Shown here: in pieces, positions 1 to 8,405 of the stretch
Layout: every line of letters begins with the position of its first letter
Numbering within the stretch: the stretch's first letter is position 1
DNA from: a virus
Lineage: Duplodnaviria; Caudoviricetes
Reading direction: 5' to 3' (one strand)
Length of the DNA stretch: 64,000 nucleotides
Virus record (IMG/VR): IMGVR_UViG_3300025723_000013
Notes under the pieces: generated by a model
Told to the model about the DNA's origin: nothing
What the model saw: only the letters and a program-made list of their open reading frames with translations
Database searches by the model: none
Program-made: the position numbers and the translations under genes

Positions 1-200
1 CGATACTGCCTGTAAATCCGATTGATCCCACAAATCCAGTTGTACCTGTTGAACCTACTGATCCGGTATATCCGATACTGCCTGTAAATCCGATTGATCC
101 CACAAATCCAGTTGTACCTGTTGAACCTACTGATCCGGTATATCCGATACTGCCTGTAAATCCGATTGATCCCACAAATCCAGTTGTACCTGTTGAACCC
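1..200. repeat. 72-bp tandem repeat (~2.8 copies) within collagen-like coding region
   Basis: cgatactgcctgtaaatccg... recurs at 1, 73 and 145. Confidence 0.9.
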
Positions 201-1495
201 GCTGATCCTATGTATCCTGTTGAACCCACAAATCCAGTTGTACCTGTTGAACCAACTGATCCGATATAACCAATACTACCACCGTATCCGGTACTACCGC
301 TGTATCCCGTTGAGCCTGTATATCCAATCGAGCCGATATATCCAATACTTCCTGTGTATCCGGTTGATCCTGAAAATCCAGTGGTGCCCGCAGAACCTAT
401 TGAGCCTGTGTATCCCGTTGATCCCAAATATCCAGTACTACCTGCGTACCCTGTACTGCCATTATAACCAATTGATCCTGTATATCCGATTGATCCTGTA
501 TATCCAGAAGCAGTACTAGCGGATCCAGTATACCCTATTGAACCCGTGTATCCTGTTGACCCAACGAAGCCGGTGGTACCTGTGAAACCTATTGAGCCGG
601 TATAGCCCAGGGATCCTGTATATCCTATGCTTCCTGTATACCCCGTTGAACCTACAAAACCAGTGGTACCAGTAGAGCCCACTGATCCGGTATATCCGAT
701 GCTGCCTATGTATCCAACGGATCCGGTGTAACCTATACTGCCTGCATACCCAATTGAGCCGATATATCCTAGAGATCCTGTATATCCCGTTGATCCGGTA
801 TATCCAGTGGATCCGGTATATCCAGTGGATCCGGTATAGCCAATGCTACCACTATATCCAATACTACCCACAAATCCAGTAGTGCCCGTAGATCCCACTG
901 ATCCGGTATATCCTACGGATCCGGTGTATCCGATCGACCCTGTATATCCTACGGATCCTGCGTATCCGATACTGCCATTAAAACCGGACGATCCTGCATA
1001 TCCCGTTGACCCAACGAATCCAATAGCACCAACGGCCCCTACTGAACCAGTATAACCAACGGATCCTGTGTATCCCTGAGAACCCACATATGAAGTACCT
1101 ATGGGTCCTGCAGATCCCATATATCCCAATGATCCAACAAAACCTACAGAACCTCTATATCCAGCTGATCCCACATAGCCCACTGATCCAGCATAGCCAA
1201 TGGTGCCAGAATACCCAGTTGTTCCGGTCGACACCGCATAGCCATTTACATAAATCATGGTAGCGGTGATGGCCCCGCCCACATATAATCCGCCGCCGAT
1301 GCCTGCACCGCCTGCTACTACCAGCGCTCCGCTTGTGGTACTGACTGATCCCACAGTGCCGCTGATGTTCAAATTGGAAGTGGCTGTTACTGCTTGAGCA
1401 ACTCTGGTCCACGACAAATTACTGGTGCTGTAAACGTAAGTGACACCATTTATTATGGATATTTGACCGTTGTAGGGATTTGTGGGAAAACTCAT
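1..1495 (-). CDS. Tail fibre-like protein with collagen-like GYxGSx repeats (3' end runs off the window)
   Basis: Translated by hand from ATG at 1495: MSFPTNPYNGQISIINGVTYVYS...GALVVAGGAGIGGGLYVGG...then (GYTGSV)n; absent from ORF track because no stop lies in the window. Confidence 0.85.
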   Translation of the reverse strand, partial: MSFPTNPYNGQISIINGVTYVYSTSNLSWTRVAQAVTATSNLNISGTVGSVSTTSGALVVAGGAGIGGGLYVGGAITATMIYVNGYAVSTGTTGYSGTIGYAGSVGYVGSAGYRGSVGFVGSLGYMGSAGPIGTSYVGSQGYTGSVGYTGSVGAVGAIGFVGSTGYAGSSGFNGSIGYAGSVGYTGSIGYTGSVGYTGSVGSTGTTGFVGSIGYSGSIGYTGSTGYTGSTGYTGSTGYTGSLGYIGSIGYAGSIGYTGSVGYIGSIGYTGSVGSTGTTGFVGSTGYTGSIGYTGSLGYTGSIGFTGTTGFVGSTGYTGSIGYTGSASTASGYTGSIGYTGSIGYNGSTGYAGSTGYLGSTGYTGSIGSAGTTGFSGSTGYTGSIGYIGSIGYTGSTGYSGSTGYGGSIGYIGSVGSTGTTGFVGSTGYIGSAGSTGTTGFVGSIGFTGSIGYTGSVGSTGTTGFVGSIGFTGSIGYTGSVGSTGTTGFVGSIGFTGSI

Positions 1496-1688
1496 GGATA
1501 GTGATCCAAAAGCAGCCAATTGTATCCGTCAACTCTATTTATAGAGACAAAGTTTGGATTTATTTGTTCAATCTCCTGGATTTGTAATAGCATTGCAATC
1601 GCCGTGTTAAATGTTGACAGCTATAAATTCTTGCGGATAACCAAGCAATAATCTAGTGGCTTGTGCATATTTATTCGATACTGCGCAC

Positions 1689-1764
1689 AAAAAAACAGGC
1701 TTTATCTACACCAAAACACTCAGTGTGGATAATGCCTGTTTTAAATCTACATGTGTATGTAGAT
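1689..1764 (-). terminator. Double hairpin, probable intrinsic terminator for minus-strand transcript
   Basis: AAAACAGGC(1692-1700)/GCCTGTTTT(1734-1742) long stem with A-run (U-tail on minus strand); second 8-bp hairpin ATCTACAT-GTGT-ATGTAGAT 1745-1764. Confidence 0.7.
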
Positions 1765-1780
1765 GATGGCCAACGGTCTA

Positions 1781-2434
1781 TTAGACTGGAACTTCTTCCC
1801 AAGCTGCTGACACGTTCAAGCCCGAAGTACCTGATGCAGCAGATAGATATACCGATGCAAATGAACCCGGAGGCAGTATCAATCCACCTTCAAGATCAAT
1901 CAATGCCGCAGTCTGCGGCGTGGTAGTAATCAATGTAGCACCGCTGTATTGAATAACGTCGCTTACGATAGCTAGCGGCGCAAATGTGAGAGTTGCCACG
2001 ATATACAGCGATCCTGTGGGAGCTGCACCACCTGCATAACGGCTTACACCCTGTGTGCCTGGAGCTGCCGGAGCAGTGGTAGAAGCCACTGCGGTCAAAC
2101 CATAGCCTCTTGCCAATCCAATCACGCCAGCAGTGGGTGCGACAGAATGGAACACGTTGAATTTGTTAAGCACCATGTTGAACGTGTTGCCTGGCGGATT
2201 TACAAGAACTGCTCCGGTAAATGCGGAGCCGGTGGCCGGTACACCTGTGCTTGACTGAGTAAAGCCCGTGGCCGAAGCTGAAAAACCTGCGCGGCGATAG
2301 GTTGTTTCATAGTAACGACCGTGCAGTTCGCTGACAATGGTGTCACCCAAGTTTCCCGAACGAGCAGGAGCCTGTAGACCTGCAGAAATGCTCTGGATTG
2401 TTGCGATTGGTCCTACCTGAGTTTGTACTAGCAT
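1781..2434 (-). CDS. Hypothetical protein, probable virion structural
   Basis: 217 aa G/A/S/T-rich ORF with AAGGAG SD, in structural cluster. Confidence 0.7.
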   Translation of the reverse strand: MLVQTQVGPIATIQSISAGLQAPARSGNLGDTIVSELHGRYYETTYRRAGFSASATGFTQSSTGVPATGSAFTGAVLVNPPGNTFNMVLNKFNVFHSVAPTAGVIGLARGYGLTAVASTTAPAAPGTQGVSRYAGGAAPTGSLYIVATLTFAPLAIVSDVIQYSGATLITTTPQTAALIDLEGGLILPPGSFASVYLSAASGTSGLNVSAAWEEVPV

Positions 2435-2492
2435 GTTTAAATCTCCTTGTTTCTATAATGTATTCAGTTAATGCTTTGTTTTATTTATGCAT

Positions 2493-3779
2493 TTACTGCT
2501 GTTTGTCAAATAATGACTGCTCTGCTCTCAGCCAGGAGGGTTCATCACCCAACTGAGCAGTTTGACTGGGCACTGCCACTGAAGCGCCATTAAACGCCTG
2601 CGTTTGTATAGTGGGCAGTTCGTGTATCTGCTGATTCAATATTTTCAGTTCCAGCAATATCTGACTCAGCAACTCGATCTGTGTTTGCCCTTCAAAGTTA
2701 GAAGTATCCTGAGAGTTCAGTGCAGGTGTGTTCTGCATGCTGCCCGTGACCAAAGGAATCGTGCCCAAGATGTTGGACGTGGTACTGATGCTGGCCGGAG
2801 CAACTGTGTTCAGCTGGGTGGCTATTTGCAATCGACCTGTGCCGTCGCTGATGATTCTGCGTGACACTGATCCAGGATCTGTGGCACCTATGGGCATAAC
2901 ACCGGCGGCAGCGCTACCCACAGATCCTGCAGCCTGACCAGCGATGTTGACCACGTTGATGCCCAGCTGAGACGAGGCCTGGCTTACTGCGGCGGCACCG
3001 ATCTGCTGCAAGTTTATGTTTAGGTTGGAAAAAGGTTGCGAGCGCAAATAGTAGACCAGCTGGCCTGCTGTGGTAGCTGTCAATCTAATAAAACGTGTCA
3101 AGCAGGGAAACACATAGTTGGTGTTGGCGGCCAAGGTGCTGGTGGCCAGGCTGGTACCTAGAGAATATCCTAGGATCGCGTTAAAGCTGATGCCGTCATT
3201 GGATCCTGCCACAGTGCCCACAAATCCCTGCGTGGTTATGGTGATGCTTTGATAACCTGTGGTGTCCACTATATAGTTGCCGTTGACTGCGATTACAGGA
3301 GTGGTTACAGCAATGGGAGCATCGCTCGGTATGGCAGCGCCCTGTGCATCGCTCTTGGGTGGGTTCTGCAGGTTCACATACAGGGGTGTGTTATTGGCAG
3401 CATCCATGGCCAAGTTTAGTCGATCCGCTGGCTCAGTGGACACAGCGCTATTGCCCAATATGGTCAAACTCACTGTGCCTGTAATGGCCTGCACATTGTA
3501 TCGCAGCCAGCGCACGTCACTCTTGACTTGATAGAGACCCACAGTTTCAATTTGTGTTTTGAGTTCTACTGCGGATAAATTGGTGATCAGCACCGGAGAC
3601 CAATACACACTGTCAGCTGAACCTTCTGCGGTAATAACGCCATTGAATGTGGATCCAGTCACTTGCCAAGTGGTAGCTGCGTAGCCAGTTGTGTCAATTC
3701 TTGAGCCGGCTCCAGAGGAAGACACAGTGCCTGAATACAAAATTGCACGATCTACAAATGTATTGCCGATAAAACTCAT
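2493..3779 (-). CDS. Hypothetical protein, probable virion/tail structural
   Basis: 428 aa beta-rich ORF, two similar DTTGY..T modules, in structural cluster. Confidence 0.7.
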   Translation of the reverse strand: MSFIGNTFVDRAILYSGTVSSSGAGSRIDTTGYAATTWQVTGSTFNGVITAEGSADSVYWSPVLITNLSAVELKTQIETVGLYQVKSDVRWLRYNVQAITGTVSLTILGNSAVSTEPADRLNLAMDAANNTPLYVNLQNPPKSDAQGAAIPSDAPIAVTTPVIAVNGNYIVDTTGYQSITITTQGFVGTVAGSNDGISFNAILGYSLGTSLATSTLAANTNYVFPCLTRFIRLTATTAGQLVYYLRSQPFSNLNINLQQIGAAAVSQASSQLGINVVNIAGQAAGSVGSAAAGVMPIGATDPGSVSRRIISDGTGRLQIATQLNTVAPASISTTSNILGTIPLVTGSMQNTPALNSQDTSNFEGQTQIELLSQILLELKILNQQIHELPTIQTQAFNGASVAVPSQTAQLGDEPSWLRAEQSLFDKQQ

Positions 3780-4096
3780 CAGGTGACCTCAACTGTGGAC
3801 ACTATCACATCGACTGAGGCAGTGGGCGTAACTGTTACAAAGTTGTTTTGTGCCACTATCAATCGGCTGGCGTCTACCACGTTCAAACTGCTGCCCACCG
3901 GTATGATAACATTGGTCACGATGCTGGCCGTGACAGTGCCGCTGGTCAAAGTCACTGTGGCCACTGCATTGGTGCTGGAAGTGTTAGACAGCAGCAATCC
4001 TATCACAGTGGCCTGAATGCCTGTACTGACAGGGTTATAAACCACTGTGGCAGTTGTTATATTGGGAGACAGATAGTTTCTGTAATTGATGGGCAT
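3779..4096 (-). CDS. Small T/V/S-rich structural protein
   Basis: 105 aa ORF abutting downstream gene. Confidence 0.7.
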   Translation of the reverse strand: MPINYRNYLSPNITTATVVYNPVSTGIQATVIGLLLSNTSSTNAVATVTLTSGTVTASIVTNVIIPVGSSLNVVDASRLIVAQNNFVTVTPTASVDVIVSTVEVT

Positions 4097-4108
4097 GGAT
4101 TTTACCTG

Positions 4109-7100
4109 TTATGCTATGAACGCTTGTGCCAGTGCTATGTTATTTATATTAGTTAAACTGTTGCTGGGTCCAAAATTAATCAGCATGTTTGATGCAGATG
4201 CTGTATTGGCCACGTTGATGCTGTCGCCCACACCTATTCCACCAGCAACTACTATGGCTCCTGTGGCAGTTGAAATCGAAGCGTTGGGATTTGGAAAAGT
4301 CCAGGTTTGTGCAGACTGGTTGTAATAGGCAGCTATGTTTCCGCCTCCATCAGCAAGCACTATCCAGTTATTTCCAGTGGCATTAATGGGAGCACCAGTT
4401 CCGCTATAGTTACCCAATATCACATTGTTAGCGCCACTGGTGATGCCGGATCCAGCCTGATAACCAATGGCCACATTGGTAGAGCCTGTGGCCGAGGTCA
4501 AGGCCTGATAACCTACACCCACCTGATTGAAGCCGGCACTGGTGGCGCCAGTAAGACCGCCTGCTTGATAGCCGATTAAAACACTGCCTCCGCTGGCTAC
4601 CGAGACATATCCGGCCTGATAGCCGATCAACACCGAAGTGCTGGCCGCACTTGATCCTCCTGCCTGATAACCAATACCCACTGCTGACCCTACAATATTG
4701 TTTAAACCAGCCAAAGCTTGATAGCCCACTGCCACATTAGCTGCACTGCTACCGGACTTGGCGCCGGCTGCATACCCAATGGCTGTGTTGTAGGAACCAC
4801 CATTGATATTATATCCTGCCTGGAAGCCCAATGCCACATTGAAACCGCCGGTTCTAGTTTGATTGAGCGTTTGATGGCCTATGCCTGTGTTGCTTTGTCC
4901 TGATGTGATATTAAAAAGAGCTTGATAACCGATAGCTACGGAGGAAGTGGTGCCAGCGGTAGCATTTTGTCCGCGTAGGGCCTGTGTGCCTATAGCTATG
5001 TTGTAAAGATTGTTATTGGTGGATTGCCCTAGATTGTATCCCACCTGATATCCAATTCCTATGCTGTTCGATGGTGCGACGGAATACGGAAAAGATTGGT
5101 ATCCAATGGCTATGGTATTGCCACCTGCAGTATTAGCGCCTAAAGCCCCAAATCCCATCACGTTGTTGGTGTTTACTCCGCCACCACCCAATCCCAGAGT
5201 GATTCCTCCAGAGCCAAAACTGGTGTTATTCAAAACTAGATCATTGATAAAACTGGCATTGGTTGCAGCTAAACTACCTGAAATACTAGCGTTTGCTGCC
5301 CATATCTGATTGCTGCTGTAATAAAAAGTAGGATCGGCCTGCAACACCTGTGTGTTAGGATCTATATAAAGTATAGCTCCCGGACTGGCAGTGGCAGTGG
5401 TGATTGGTGTAACATTGATTTGGAGATTGGGCATGGATCCGGTATAGCCTATGGATCCTGCATAACCAGCCGCGGTGCTGGCCGATCCCACATATCCAGC
5501 GGATCCGATATAGCCAGTGGATCCGGTATAGCCAACGCTACCCACATATCCAATACTTCCGGTATAGCCGGCGGATCCAACGGATCCTGTGTATCCTATA
5601 CTTCCGATATAACCAATACTTCCGATATAGCCAACGCTACCCACATATCCAATACTTCCGGTATAGCCAGTGGATCCAACAGATCCTGTGTATCCTATAC
5701 TTCCGATATAGCCAATACTTCCGATATAGCCAACGCTACCCACATATCCTGTGATACCTTGTGATCCTGTATAGCCAATACTGCCTGTATAGCCCAAGCT
5801 GCCAGTATAACCATATCCCACTTTTTTTCCATTAATGGCTATGGCTCCACCCACATTCAAATTGCCGCCAATACCAGTATCACCGTAAACAACCAACACG
5901 CCAGTAGTTGTACCAGTGGATGCAGTGGCCACAGGGTTTATCATCATGGCTATTTGATTGACCGTAGGCAATGAATTAGAAACAGGAACACCAACTACAA
6001 ATTTAATATTGGTTCCAGAACTAGCAGTGGCCAGCGCTAAACTTCCATACCCCTGCGTGGTATTTTCTCCAACAAATATATATCCATCATTGGGACCCAA
6101 CACCGAGCCCAGACTGTTTGGCTGTGTGCCATCCCATTGGCTGCCAGTGATTCCCATATCAATAAATGAATTGTTCAGCTGCACATTGTCAGCGCTGGCC
6201 ACAAAATCTGTTGACGCTATTGGTCCTGCATTGATATTTTCAAAATTTATTTCGATATAGTCATTGATATTGCCCGATGCTTGAAACACTGTTTGAGGAT
6301 ATGGAGTGTATCCTGTAGTACCCGCATACAGTGCGCCACTACCAGAAGCATCGCCATAAAAGGTAGCACTGTTGGCTATTAGAGTATTCAATGAGACATT
6401 GGTACCAGTAATAATTCCTTGAACAGTTAGATTTCCAGTAAGAAAACTGTCGCCGTTGATTTTGAATCCTCGATTACCGCCAATTCCGCCAGCAACATAC
6501 AATGCATTATTAGCAAAACTTGATGTGCTGGACAAGGTATTACTGATGATGATCTGTTGCTCGGTTGAATTTCCTCTACTGGTCACTGATTGCAATGTGC
6601 TGACATCATTGACAGTTACAGCGCCGATTGAGGAGCTTACTGTTATATCTGTGCCTCCTAGCACAGCAGTCACTCCGATGCCAGATCCTGTCCCTAAGCT
6701 GGATGTGGTCAATACCAATGAGTTAGCAGAATAAATGTTTTTGGCAACATTGAGAGTACCACCAATGCCCACGCCGCCTGATACCTGCAGTGCTCCTGTG
6801 TTGGTTCCAATCGAAGTGGTGGTATTGGTGATAGTTAAAATCTGACTGTAGGGATTGCTAATCAATCCCGCGCTTCCGATGTATCCTATACCGATACTGC
6901 CAATATACCCTGTACTGCCTATATACCCAACGGATCCTGTATACCCAACGGATCCTGTATACCCAACGGATCCTGTATAACCAACGGATCCTGTATACCC
7001 AACGGATCCTGTATACCCAACGGATCCTGTATAACCAACGGATCCTGTATACCCAACGGATCCTGTATATCCCATACTGCCCACGTATCCAATGCTGCCT

Positions 7101-7366
7101 GAATATCCTGTGGCTGTGCTGGCTGATCCCACATAGCCTATGGATCCTGAATAGCCCAAACTGCCTGCATATCCTGCCGCGGTGCTGGCAGATCCAACAT
7201 AGCCCTGTATACCGCCGTATTTTAAACTGTTCCAACTAGTGACGCCATCGCCTATTTTAAACAATGCGGTATCAGTTTCGATACCCATTTCGGCCAAGGC
7301 CAGGGTTGGATTGGCCGATGTCCATTGCGCTGCTGTACCTCGTCTAAATTGGATCTGAATGGCCAT
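4109..7366 (-). CDS. Tail fibre protein: Mtd_N-like N-terminus, collagen-like repeats, YadA-like head repeats
   Basis: N-term IQFRRGTAAQWTSANPTLALAEMGIETDT..FKIGDG (Mtd_N-type), two GYxGSx tracts, C-terminal (N/S)xAIGYQA repeats. Confidence 0.85.
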   Translation of the reverse strand: MAIQIQFRRGTAAQWTSANPTLALAEMGIETDTALFKIGDGVTSWNSLKYGGIQGYVGSASTAAGYAGSLGYSGSIGYVGSASTATGYSGSIGYVGSMGYTGSVGYTGSVGYTGSVGYTGSVGYTGSVGYTGSVGYTGSVGYTGSVGYIGSTGYIGSIGIGYIGSAGLISNPYSQILTITNTTTSIGTNTGALQVSGGVGIGGTLNVAKNIYSANSLVLTTSSLGTGSGIGVTAVLGGTDITVSSSIGAVTVNDVSTLQSVTSRGNSTEQQIIISNTLSSTSSFANNALYVAGGIGGNRGFKINGDSFLTGNLTVQGIITGTNVSLNTLIANSATFYGDASGSGALYAGTTGYTPYPQTVFQASGNINDYIEINFENINAGPIASTDFVASADNVQLNNSFIDMGITGSQWDGTQPNSLGSVLGPNDGYIFVGENTTQGYGSLALATASSGTNIKFVVGVPVSNSLPTVNQIAMMINPVATASTGTTTGVLVVYGDTGIGGNLNVGGAIAINGKKVGYGYTGSLGYTGSIGYTGSQGITGYVGSVGYIGSIGYIGSIGYTGSVGSTGYTGSIGYVGSVGYIGSIGYIGSIGYTGSVGSAGYTGSIGYVGSVGYTGSTGYIGSAGYVGSASTAAGYAGSIGYTGSMPNLQINVTPITTATASPGAILYIDPNTQVLQADPTFYYSSNQIWAANASISGSLAATNASFINDLVLNNTSFGSGGITLGLGGGGVNTNNVMGFGALGANTAGGNTIAIGYQSFPYSVAPSNSIGIGYQVGYNLGQSTNNNLYNIAIGTQALRGQNATAGTTSSVAIGYQALFNITSGQSNTGIGHQTLNQTRTGGFNVALGFQAGYNINGGSYNTAIGYAAGAKSGSSAANVAVGYQALAGLNNIVGSAVGIGYQAGGSSAASTSVLIGYQAGYVSVASGGSVLIGYQAGGLTGATSAGFNQVGVGYQALTSATGSTNVAIGYQAGSGITSGANNVILGNYSGTGAPINATGNNWIVLADGGGNIAAYYNQSAQTWTFPNPNASISTATGAIVVAGGIGVGDSINVANTASASNMLINFGPSNSLTNINNIALAQAFIA
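6923..7075. repeat. 18-bp tandem repeat (~8 copies) encoding GYTGSV
   Basis: acccaacggatcctgtat units in tandem with rare synonymous change. Confidence 0.9.
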
Positions 7367-7394
7367 TTATTATGTTTATCCGATTTTTTAATAT

Positions 7395-8084
7395 TTATCC
7401 GGTCACGCCGCCGGCATCGATAGGTGAAACACCTCCATACACTGTGTTGGGCTGTCCGCCGTCCAGTTGTCCCACCGCCCCGGATGATCCTATATAGCCC
7501 GTGCTGCCGGTATATCCGTTGCCCCCTCCGCCCCCGCCAGAGGATCCGGTGTATCCTGCCGGGCCCTGGGTTCCCGATGATCCCACATAGCCCGTGCTGC
7601 CGCTATATCCATTGCCCCCTCCGCCCTGACCTCCCCCTCCGGATGACACAGCTGATCCTGTAATATCTAACCAATAGGAGTTGATTCCGTCGCTGGTGTA
7701 ACGATAAACAGCGTCGGTCGCAGTGTCATACCAAATGTCGCCCACGGTAGGGAGAGGGCTAGTGGGAGCAGTGCTGGTGGAGGTGCTGCGTACTCCGCCT
7801 CCCACGATCTTGCCTCCCACATACAAATCACCGCCGATGCCCACTCCGCCTGCCACAGTCAGCGCTCCGCTGTCAGTGCCCAAGGACACTGTGGTGTTGG
7901 TGATTGTTAAAATTTGCGTGAATGGATTGGTAAAACCAGCGGTGATGGGTATTCCACCCGGGGTATGTCCGTCGCTGAGGCGTAAAAACCCTGTAGAATC
8001 GTAGAAAATTACACCTTTTTCTCCCACATAGGTGGCAGCATTGACTGTGGGAATTTGTCCAGCTTTGATCTTGTGAATGGCCAT
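7395..8084 (-). CDS. Short tail-fibre-related protein
   Basis: 229 aa; shares TITNTT..GALTVAGGVGIGG.LYVGG module, GDIWYD motif and GYTGS repeats with neighbours. Confidence 0.75.
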   Translation of the reverse strand: MAIHKIKAGQIPTVNAATYVGEKGVIFYDSTGFLRLSDGHTPGGIPITAGFTNPFTQILTITNTTVSLGTDSGALTVAGGVGIGGDLYVGGKIVGGGVRSTSTSTAPTSPLPTVGDIWYDTATDAVYRYTSDGINSYWLDITGSAVSSGGGGQGGGGNGYSGSTGYVGSSGTQGPAGYTGSSGGGGGGNGYTGSTGYIGSSGAVGQLDGGQPNTVYGGVSPIDAGGVTG

Positions 8085-8089
8085 ACCAA

Positions 8090-8096
8090 TATTTAT
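8090..8096 (-). promoter_or_regulatory. T4-like late promoter box ATAAATA, 5 nt from ATG
   Basis: ATAAATA-TTGGT-ATG on minus strand. Confidence 0.6.
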
Positions 8097-8109
8097 CGGT
8101 AGGTAGCGG

Positions 8110-8397
8110 TTATGGGCTTGGCGATATCAATTGTCTAATGCGTTCTAGTTCAATGTCGGGAGTTTGTTCGGCGCCGTGTGTGGGTTCGCTCTTGGTCAGC
8201 TTGCTGATCACCGGGCTTTCTTTGCCCAAGGTGGCTTTGGCCAACTCTAATCCCTGCTGCAATGGAGCCACCATGATGGGATTGTTGTGTAGTTCATCTT
8301 CATCGGGCGTGATCTGATCCATTTCCAATTCAGGATCCCCATCTCCGTTGATCTTGATAGTGATGGGAACGTTTATGGTAAATTCTCTTGCTCTCAT
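8110..8397 (-). CDS. Small protein with MRAREF leader; paralog of 11264-11584
   Basis: Shared APLQQGLELAK / PPLQSKIELLK and ELERIRQL / ELDRVRKI motifs; ATAAATA box at 8403-8409. Confidence 0.75.
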   Translation of the reverse strand: MRAREFTINVPITIKINGDGDPELEMDQITPDEDELHNNPIMVAPLQQGLELAKATLGKESPVISKLTKSEPTHGAEQTPDIELERIRQLISPSP

Positions 8398-8405
8398 AGT
8401 GCTAT

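Noticed and set aside
4109-7366. Diversity-generating retroelement suggested by Mtd_N-like domain
   Set aside because: No reverse transcriptase and no template/variable repeat pair differing at adenines seen in the window
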